A stretch of DNA of 48,472 bases from Macrostomum lignano. Taxonomy: Eukaryota. The notes beneath the pieces were generated by a model. It had not been told where the DNA came from. It did no database searches and worked only from the letters and a program-made list of their open reading frames with translations. Within the stretch, counting starts at the first letter, position 1; the number at the start of each line of letters is the position of its first letter. Shown here piece after piece: positions 24,819-34,600 of the stretch. The translations under genes and the position numbers were made by a program. Location: assembly GCA_002269645.1 (NCBI GenBank), contig NIVC01004362.1, forward strand, positions 1-48,472, read 5' to 3'.

Positions 24819-26044
24819 ACCGGCTTTCATGTAATAGCTTTTTACTACAAATTGTCGCCGGATTGACTGTTGCCCTTTTGACTGTCACCGGATTGTCTGT
24901 CGCCGGATCGTCCTGTCGCCGGATTGACTGGAAACCATAAAATTCCAACCCCAAAGCTGACTGGGGCAAAAAGACTTTGTCTTTATTAACTAAATTGTAT
25001 TTCATTCATTAACTTCATACATAAATTGTAATATGAATAGTAGGCCTAGGCCTATCAACTGGCAATCTAATCTTAGTATAGAATAACAAAAATTGCATAT
25101 AAATTCATAACTCACCAGATTCTATTTGGTTAAAATTTGCATGGTTGCATGTTTCATCCTGCTTATTAACTTCCTGCAACCAATCAAATACCTTTTCTTT
25201 TCTTTTCTCTTCCATTAAAATTTACCTTTTAGCTTAAGATCAAAAGGCTAGTCCAAAACAAATATTGCTGTTTATGCTCAGTTATATTAGTCTCAGGACT
25301 ATATTACAACGACGGGCATAGATACAATTTGTCGCTTGTGTCGTAGGGCCACCGAAATTTAACTTTTGTTGTTTCATTCTTATATTCAAAACTCCGCTGA
25401 ATTCACGACCGATGTTTAAACCGATTTAAACAAAGATTAAATTTTCAGCGCACATGACAAAATTTTAGGTTTAGAGATAGCACCATAAATTCTATAAAAA
25501 TGCAAAACAAAACTTATTTGTAAAAACAGATTATAAAGTATTTCTAAGAAGGTTTTTTTTAATGTTCTTTTTAGATTTTCAGCAAAGTAATAATAAAACT
25601 AGCAAACTAGCCGAATGAGCAAGGAGCAAAAATAGTTTATGGAAAACAATTAAAAAAAGCTGTCTGTTTGTCAGTCTGTCTGTCAGTCTGACTGTCTGTC
25701 TGCCTGTTAAACATTTTCTTAAGAACCAATTCCTTCTTTACTTTTAAAAATCATCTTATATTCATGTAAAATTGTCACGGACAAAGATTTTTGCTATGAA
25801 TCTCTTTTTTTTCTAAAATTAACAAACAGACAACAAAATATAGCCCCCCTAAATAGAAAATATTTCGGCATTCCTTCGGTTCACGATCACCACAAAAAAC
25901 AGTTGTAAGACATAAAATCCATAGTTTCCAATGAAACATAATCAAATGTTTTGTTTTTGTTTTTGCACTGTAGTAAGCAAAATATAAGGTGATTGTAAAC
26001 CAAATCTGGAAAAATAGAAGGAGGCTCTTCATATTGCTTGTAAA

Positions 26045-26500
26045 AATTTGTAAAGCATAACTTTTTGTCTCCTAAATTATAGGGATAGGCCTATTAGTGC
26101 TTTAAAATTGTGATTATTGAATGGCAATAGGCCTAGCCAAGAAGATTGTGAAAAAAGTGAAAATTGTGCAAAGTAAGGCTTTTAAGGCAGTCATACATTC
26201 AACAAAGTTAAATAGTTGTACTGCTTTTTTCTTGAAAATCCAAACAGATTCTGGTTCTGGAATCTGTTGGCATGTAGGCTTTTCACACAATGATTCCAGA
26301 ACCAGAATCGGTTTGGATCTTCTGAGACAAAACGCAGTATAACTATTTAACTTTGTTGAATGTTTGACTGCCTTAACAGCCTCATGTTGCATATTTTTCA
26401 CTTTCTTCTTGGCTATTGCAATTCAATAATTACAACTTTAAAGCATGTACATCCCTCTAGTTAAAGAGAGAAAAAGTTATACTTTGCAAATTGGATTTGG
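26045..26500. mobile_element. Foldback (long palindromic) element
   Basis: Arm 26182-26224 pairs with 26334-26376 (2 mismatches in 43). Arm 26238-26264 pairs with 26292-26318 (1 mismatch). Outer arms are more degenerate. Confidence 0.75.
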
Positions 26501-27039
26501 TTCTAGAACCAGAACAAGCAATATGAAAAGGCCCATAAAGAGCCTTAAGGTGATTGTAAACCGAAACTGGCAAAATAGATGGTAATCATAAACCAAAAGG
26601 ATTGCCAATATTCTAAAGACAGCAAGTACCCCCTCTCCCAGATATTGTAGAAACATCTATCCAGATAAAAAGAATACCTAAATAGCAAGCATCTCTGGAT
26701 AGAAAGAATCCCATATATCATACATGTAGCCAATACCATATCCCCCTCTCCCAAACAGCAAGTACCCTCCCCCCTTGAGAGTAAGCATCTATTAGATAGC
26801 AAGTAGCTAATGCAAATATGTTACCTCTACTAATGCAATAGTTGCTTTCTCAGGTTGTGCAACAATCTACATCTCAGCTAGCACAATAATCTCTTTTAGA
26901 CAATGTAATAATCAGTTTCTCAGCTATTAAAATAATCATTTTCTCATCTAGTGCAATAATTTTTTATTCATTAAGTCCAAAAATTGATGTCTTAGCTTAT
27001 ATGCAATATCCCTTCCCTTTCTAATATAGTACAATAATC

Positions 27040-29390
27040 CTTAGCTTATCAAGTGTAATATTCCTTGGTTTATCTAGTGCAATATTCTTTATTATCCAGT
27101 GCAAAAATCCATGGCTTATCAAGTGCAATAATCCTTGGTATATTAGGCCTTGGCCTAAGTGCAATAATCCTTGGTTTATCAATATCAAGTGCAATAATCC
27201 TTGATAATCCTTGGCTTATCAAGTGTAACAATCCTTGGCTTATCAAGTGCAATAATCCTTAGTTTATCAAGGTGTAAGACCAAGATGGCCACACATCAAG
27301 ATAGCCACAGCTGGGGTGGGGGTCACAGAAAATGACAACTGGTTTACTATTGGATAGCTTTGGGTGGGGAGATGTGGGATTGAAATGGGGGGGGGGGGTT
27401 AGATAGGCAGTTAGAAAATTTTGAGTATATTGGGTTAAAGACAAAAATGGTTACGAGTCTTGATTTCCTACTTATAGTAGGCCCCTAAGAGGTGTAAACA
27501 TATTTTGTATTAAACAAATATCTTCTTCATATAAAATCAGGTATAGTTTTTTCGATTTCTCTCTTTGGTTGAGACTAATTTACTTGTTTAAAAGGGATAA
27601 AAAGTAGGTAAATTCCTACAAAATTTTAAACAGCAGGGCAGGACCTCCTGTGGAGTAGACCCATAGAAAATTTTTTGGTTTCCAAAAATAATTTTGACTT
27701 ATAGGGAATAAACACATACTGTACGGGCCTAATTTTTTAGCTCAAATCCTAAATATTTAAACATTGCCACGGGAACACATAGAGTCACAACATAGATTGA
27801 ATATAATAGAAAGCGTAAATAAATAAGCGAAAAGCGATATCCAATGAGGCAACACAAGCAAACTTTCAATATGCTATTTGGAAGGGGATTAAGCAATCAC
27901 GGGCTGACTACTATTCTGCCACTCAGTGGGGGTCAAACAAGAGACTCCTAATAAATAAAATTTCTTAGTCCTATAATCTATAATGGCATGAGTGCTAGCT
28001 AGAAAGGTGCTACCTAGGAGTGACATTGCCATTGAATTGCCAACAATTTCTATCTTTGGAGCTAAGGGTACAAGCTGGAGCAAGAGGGCACCGTTGCTAT
28101 CCACACCCTAGAGATCAATGTAGATATAAGAATAAAGAATGTACAATGGCCAGTGGGCAGTAGGGGATTGCATTTGTGCTCCCTTTCTCAAGAGCCTTAT
28201 TCCTTTCTTTCTCTGCCCCATCACTACTTGGTTGTATAAGTGCCGTCAATCTCAATCAGGTATGTGGACATACAATGGTTCACATTGTTCTCAACCCCAT
28301 TCCACTATAGTTTTTATCTAATGTGACTAAGCTAGGTGCTTTTAGTGCAGGGGTTGGCAAACTTTTTACCTTGATTTAGAACCTAGCTCATGACTGCCCT
28401 TCTGGGTCCACTTCGTTGGGCCCCTAAGCAAAGCAAGGAGTCCTGATGACAGCAAGCCAGAGGTGAAGAAAGAGGGTAAGGAATAGAGAAGAGAAATATG
28501 AGCATAGGATAAAGGAGAGGTGAAGGAATAAAGGAGAAGAGAGTTGATGAGAGGAGATATTAAATATGAGCGGAGAGAGAGGAGAAGGAAGATTAATGGA
28601 GAGGAGAAAGAAAGGAATGGAGAAGATAATGAAGAGGAAAAGGGAGATGAGAGGAAAGAGGTGAGGAGAGAGAAGAGGATAGAGGTGTGGAGAGAGGAGA
28701 GGGCAGAGATGAGAGAGAGAAAAGATAAGAGACAAGAGGGCAGAGATGAGAGCGAGAACAGATGAGAGGAGAGGGCAAAGATGAGAGAGAAAAGATAAGA
28801 GGAAAGGGCAGAGATGAGAGAGAAAAAGATGATACAGGAGAGGGCAGAGATAAGAGAGAGAAAAGATTAGAGACAAGAGGGCAGAGATGAGAGAGAAAAG
28901 ATAAGAGACAAGAGGGCACTCCAATTTTTGCTTATCATAACTAATACCCTTACCCTCTACCTTTAACTTTTAACATATACAAACAACACGTCAGTTTTAG
29001 TATATTGAGATAGGTTTTAAACTATTATCCATGATATAAAAATCAAATCTCTTGTGCTAATAGTGCTACTAGCTTTAGTAGGTAGTAATACTAGCTATAA
29101 AGGGAAGTGTTTTTTGTTTTACTAATCTAATTTCAATAACAAAATCTGTCTTCTCCAAGACTTAAAGCTAGGTCATACCCCATCCCAATCATAGCCAATA
29201 GGAAATGAGGAAATATATAGACCTATTCCTATCCAAGCAGCCATTCAGAGCTGTGGCCATCTTGGTCATGCGCCTTTATCAAGTGCAATAATATTAGGTT
29301 TATCAAGTGCAATAATATTTGGTTTATCAAGCGTAGTAATCTTTGGTTTATCAGGTGCAATAATCCTTGGTTTATCAAGTGCCACAATCC
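27040..29390. repeat. 24-bp minisatellite (ttggcttatcaagtgcaataatcc) split by a 2-kb transposon
   Basis: Units at ~27040-27270 resume at 29275-29390. Confidence 0.85.
27271..29274. mobile_element. Non-autonomous DNA transposon with 5'-GG TIR (GGCGCATGACCAAGATGGCCAC) and 8-bp TSD TTTATCAA (Merlin-like)
   Basis: TSD at 27263-27270 and 29275-29282. GG termini with an 8-bp TSD fit Merlin; the superfamily call is tentative. Confidence 0.8.
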
Positions 29391-30608
29391 AGGTATTTTA
29401 ATTAGTCCTTTAAACAAAAGCTTTCAATAAAAGTTAGAAAGGAACTAGATTCAAACATAGGTTGCTGCATTAGCAGTCCGGTGTGTTCATATCTAGGCTA
29501 GCTCTCATTAAATTTATAAATAATTTTGTAATATTTATAATTCAATATTCACACCAAGTCAGTTGAGTAAAAGTCATACAAAGCAGTTATGACATAATCA
29601 ATTTTTTAGGTAAGTTAGTACCAGTCTCTATTAAAGTTAGCAATATGGTTATGCAATATAAATCAAGTATTGTGCTATTTCTACATTGCATTTTCAATTC
29701 TGTGATGACACAATTTAATTCAGTGTCAAAATTCAGCCAGTACACAGACTAAAATAAATAAAAAGCCAATTGTGATGTAATCTACTTCAGAATCAGAATT
29801 CAAACAGTCAGAAAATTGTTTAAGCAATTTTTGCTAAAATTGATCATATATCTAGATACCTAGATAGATATTTACCAACAAACCATTTTTAGTATATGGA
29901 CAAGCATACAAAAATTAGAGATTTAGTATATTTAGATAGATTTTCAATATATTAGAAATAGTATGTATGCATTAAGCTGCACGCATTAAAGTCAACTCCA
30001 AATAAGTAAACTTAGGGATAAGTCAACTTGAATTAGTTCATATTTTTCTAGAGAAATAAAAGATCTATAAACCTTAAAAATCTAGAAATTAGCAACTTAA
30101 AAGCTATTGTTATATTCAACTTTTTGTTTACTAATCAATTATTATTCATAAATACTGATATAATAGTTTTGAAACTAATGACCTATAGGATAAGCCTAAT
30201 ACAAAAACTTTCATATTTTTCAATATTTCTGCCTACTTATTACCTATTATCTATCAAATCTATTATTATCAATTTATTAAAAAACAATTACTAGTGGTAA
30301 TGCTATACAAAAAAGTTGGGATAAATATATAAGTCTATAATATATTTATTTTATACAAGGCTACTTGGTTTATTTAGTGGATAAATATCTATAAGTCAGG
30401 CTACAATTAAAGCTAAAGCCAAAGGGAATAATTATAATATAATATAATTCTATTATAGTATTTATCTTCTCAAGACTTGAAGATCTACACATAATACAAA
30501 TTCATACATGCGCAACTGCTGGCCGACCTAGCCGATCTGGTCACTATAAATTGTGGTGGACCAGGGGTAAGTCGCAAAAATGCCCAGCCTAAAGAATACA
30601 GATGTAGT

Positions 30609-30672
30609 ACTAATTAGATGACGAGGCATTTAGCCCTTATAAGACATTCATAGTTACTCCTGCCGTTTACCC
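30609..30672 (-). other. 28S rRNA-like 64-nt segment, copy 2, inside a ~260-bp structured repeat (30507-30766)
   Basis: Minus strand GGGTAAACGGCAGGAGTAACTATGAATGTCTTATAAGGGCTAAATGCCTCGTCATCTAATTAGT is ~55/64 identical to conserved 28S. Flanked by ACATGCGCAAC / GTTGCGCATGT inverted repeats. Confidence 0.78.
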
Positions 30673-31135
30673 AAAATTGCGTTGGGTTTCTTTCACAGGT
30701 AAGTTGTATTTTTGGTCAAAAAGTAAGTCGCATGGCCAGTGTAAATCAGGAGGGTTGCGCATGTGTGTACAAATTACTATTAATAGAAAATGAATGAAAT
30801 ATGAGACCTAGGCTTAGTTGTTATTATCTATCATTATGTTAAACAATGCTATTATTATCTATATCCATTATTGACTATTTGACAAAATGCTAGTTTATAA
30901 AATACCTAGCACCCTTATTTCAAACCAAATGTCTAATCAATTCAATTTTAAATATACCTCCTAGGCCTATCTCTAGTCTAGTATAGGATACTAGGCCCTT
31001 ATAAGATCAATATTTGTGGGTTTTAATTTTGAATAATAGGAGATTTATTAAACCAATCCCAATTAGGCAAAATTTGAAACCAATAGCTTTGCTGCAGCTA
31101 TTGCATGGTATATCTAAAAGCTATATATAGCCATA

Positions 31136-31300
31136 CCTACCCTTAATTATCCTAGCTAATTTTAGTACCCATTTTAGCTGTGTCATAAACTAAAGAAATG
31201 CAGAGTTAAATGTCTTGCAAATTGTTCTGAGTGGGTCAAGACTTGAACTTTCATCCTTCAAGTTGTGAGTCTAGCACTCTAACTACTAGACTACAACCCC
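31136..31300 (-). mobile_element. Second, hypermutated copy of the tRNA/CORE-like SINE
   Basis: Reverse complement GGGGTTGTAGTCTAGT...GTTCAAGTCTTGACCCACTCAGAACAATTTGCAAGACATTTAA...AAAATGGGTACT aligns with 1188-1335. Confidence 0.8.
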
Positions 31301-31685
31301 CTTGTCCATAAAGAAGATCTTTGAGTGCAAATACTCAAATTGGCTAAATCTTTATATATTAAAACACTGTTATGCAATAGTCAAGGCTTAGACAAGACAT
31401 CTATAGAAAAGGCAGATATATTCTAATTAGCTGTCATATAGCAAGTAGTTAAGCTATACTATGTCATAAAATTATATTATATTTGTTTAATTTTGCCTAA
31501 TTGTTTTTTTTAAATATTTAACCAAAAAATAAAGAGAAACCTAAAAATCAACATGCAGTTTTTTGACGGATTTCGCACACCTAAGTCTTTTTTGTGCTTA
31601 GAATTTTGGTTACCTCCAAATTGACAAATAAGTAAATGAAATTGTTGCATGCACTAATTCTACTTTCATTTACAACAGCATAATC

Positions 31686-34600
31686 ATGTCTGAAGTATAT
31701 GCTACACAGTTCATAGATGGCTATAAAGACTTTGATGATATAATTGACACCAATGGGGCTACTCCTACCATTGAGAATGGTAGCCAGAATCCTGTAAATG
31801 GAAATGGATTACCAACTTGGGGACGGCTGTTATCTGTAAATGATGATTTTCCTTCTATTGGTAAGTTACATTGATGCAATCTGAGCTTATATTCTTATAT
31901 ACCAAGCCATGGGTCACCCTTGTCTCCCCCAGTTCCTCCAGCAAGCCACCTAATCTTTGCTAACTAATTTTCCCTATCAAAAATGACTCGCAGAGCTGCA
32001 GAAGCACTCAATTTCTGTTGGTCGCGGCAGCTCGTGCGACTTTTGCCTGCCCAGTTTAAAGCGGAGCCAGCAAATTTCTACTCATCACTTCAATCTGCTA
32101 CGAATGGTAAGACTGTTCAATCAATCAATCATATTGCTCCCTAGGTTGATCTCACGTTCAGATTAAATATTATTAAAAATCACAAAACTTCCTTCCAGCC
32201 GGACGTTAAGGTAGACAGTCAGAGAAACGATTCTTTGGGCCAGTCAGTTAGCAACGGCGAGAGCAAAATAAACGCTAATGGCAATGGCGACTGCGCCGAC
32301 GAACAAGCTAATGGCCACGTCGAGCCGACCGTTACCATGGTCACTGTTTTGCAAGATCACAGTACTAATGGAACGTTTGTTGATGGCGTTAAGGTTGGTA
32401 AGCTGATCATGGATCGGGAAATCTTTGTGTTATGCAGTGCTTTATTAATGTTGACACTCACTTGGGCTTATCTGTTTACTAGTCAGACCACAGCCCACCC
32501 CGTTTTCTACCACCCGCTGATTTTATGACTGTGTGTAAGGCTATCTGTTTACTAGTCAGACCACAGCCCACCCCGTTTTCTACCACCCGCTGATTTTATG
32601 ACTGTGTGTAAGGCTATCTGTTTACTAGTCAGACCACAGCCCACCCCGTTTTCTACCACCCGCTGATTTTATGACTGTGTGTAAGGCTATCTGTTTACTA
32701 GTCAGACCACAGCCCACCCCGTTTTCTACCACCGCTAATCCTGCTGATATTATAGCTTTCCGATCGAAACCGTTTGTTGTGGGTGGGCTTAATTATACAT
32801 GTAAAATCGATTTATAATTGGGCCACAAAACTAAGCAACACAAATCTCAACGCTATACCGAGCAGAGAACCGCAGGGAAGTTGAACTCAATGACAAGAGC
32901 TAAGATATTTTTCTGAAATCTTTCAATTCAATAATGTTTTTACATAAAGGCTTACTTATAGGAAATTCTTACATTAACCCGTCAAATGAGCATATGAGTG
33001 GTTAGTTACTTTATCTCAGCCATAGACGGTCTTTTGGTGGGCTATGCGCTTAACAGAGGGACTTACTGGCGGTGTTATTTTGTTTCACACCTCCCTCCAC
33101 TCTTTGCCAGGCAAGGACAAGCAGGTATTGCTCCAATCCAACCAGGTTATCTCTCTGCTGTCGCCTAGCAACCGCTGCTGGATGTACACCGCCTGCGGCA
33201 GCTCCGAATCGGACCAGAAGCCGAAGCTGCCGGCCTCTCTAGCCGACAAATATGTGCTGTCCAAGCAGCTCGGCGAGGGCGGCTTTGGCGCAGTTTATCT
33301 CGCCTACGAGATTGGCACCTGCGAGCCATGCGCAATCAAAATTCTAAGCAAGCGGGACTTGTTCTACTTAGGCAATGTGAGTTTTTTGTGTACTTAGTGT
33401 GTTTCCCCTAGCGATTAATGTATTTCCCCTAGTGCTTTATGTGTTTTCCCCAGTGATTGATGCGTTTTTCCTAGTGATTGATGTGTTTCCTCTTGTGATT
33501 GATGTTTCCCCTAGTGATTGATGTGTTTCCCCTGGAGATTGATGTGTTTCCCCTAGTGATTGATGTGTTTCCCCTGGAGATTGATGTGTTTGCCTAGTGA
33601 TTGATGTGTTTGCCTAGTGATTGATGTGTTTCCCCTAATGCTTGATGTTTTTTCCTAGTGATTGATGTGTTTCCCCTAGTGATTGATGTGTTTTCCTAGT
33701 GATTGATGTGTTTCCCCTAGTGATTGATGTGTTTCCCCTAGTGATTGATGTGTTTCCCCTAGTGATTGATGTGTTTCCCCTAGTGCTTGATGTTTTTTCC
33801 TAGTGATTGATGTTTTTTCCTAGTGATTGATGTGTTTCCCCTAGTGATTGATGTGTTTCCCCTAGTGCTTGATGTGTTTCCCCTAGTGCTTGATGCTTTT
33901 TCCTAGTGATTGATGTTTTTTCCTAGTGATTGATGTGTTTCCCCTAGTGATTGATGTGTTTCCCCTAGTGATTGATGTGTTTCCCCTAGTGATTGATGTG
34001 TTTCCCCTAGTGATTGATGTGTTTCCCCTAGTGATTGATGTGTTTCCCCTAGTGCTTGATGTTTTTTCCTAGTGATTGATGTGTTTCCCCTAGTGATTGA
34101 TGTGTTTGCCTAGTGATTGATGTGTTTCCCCTAGTGATTGATGTGTTTGCCTAGTGATTGATGTGTTTGCCTAGTGATTGATGTGTTTCCCCTAGTGATT
34201 GATGTGTTTCATTTAGCGATTAATGTATCTCCCCTAGTGCTTTATGTATTTTCCCCAGTGATTGATGTGTTTCCCCTAGTGATTGATGTGTTTCCCCTGG
34301 AGATTGATGTTTCCCCTAGTGATTGATGTTTCCCCTAGTTATTGATGTATTTCCCCTAGTGATTGATGTGTTTGCCTAGTGATTGATGTGTTTCCCCTAG
34401 TGATTGATGTGTTTCCCTTAGTGATTGATGTGTTTGCCTAGTGATTGATGTGTTTCCCCTAGTGATTGATGTGTTTCCCTTAGTGATTGATGTGTTTGCC
34501 TAGTGATTGATGTGTTTTCCTTAGTGATTGATGTGTTTCCCCTAGTGATTAATGTTTCCCCTAGTTATTGATGTGTTTCCCCTAGTGATTGATGTGTATC

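Larger units (their letters stand above)
23154..24936. mobile_element. Mutator-like (MULE) non-autonomous element, 9-bp TSD ATAAAATTC
   Basis: Imperfect TIRs with subterminal ATCCGGCGACAG repeats; ATAAAATTC at 23145-23153 and 24937-24945. Confidence 0.82.

Noticed and set aside
28424-28924. Leu/Ser-rich and Glu/Arg-rich ORFs (also 21257-21577)
   Set aside because: Products of the GA-rich tract inside the GG-TIR transposon.
17650-30672. rRNA gene call
   Set aside because: Only 64-nt segments match 28S; the flanks are unrelated to rDNA.
33017-33085. Possible spliced-leader RNA (GCCATAGACGGTCT; also GTAAAAGACGGT at ~4435)
   Set aside because: Only a short resemblance to a recalled flatworm SL 5' end; no AUG|GU donor or clear Sm site in the right place.
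32467-34600. Possible CRISPR-like arrays
   Set aside because: Units are head-to-tail with no unique spacers, lie in eukaryotic introns and have no cas genes nearby.
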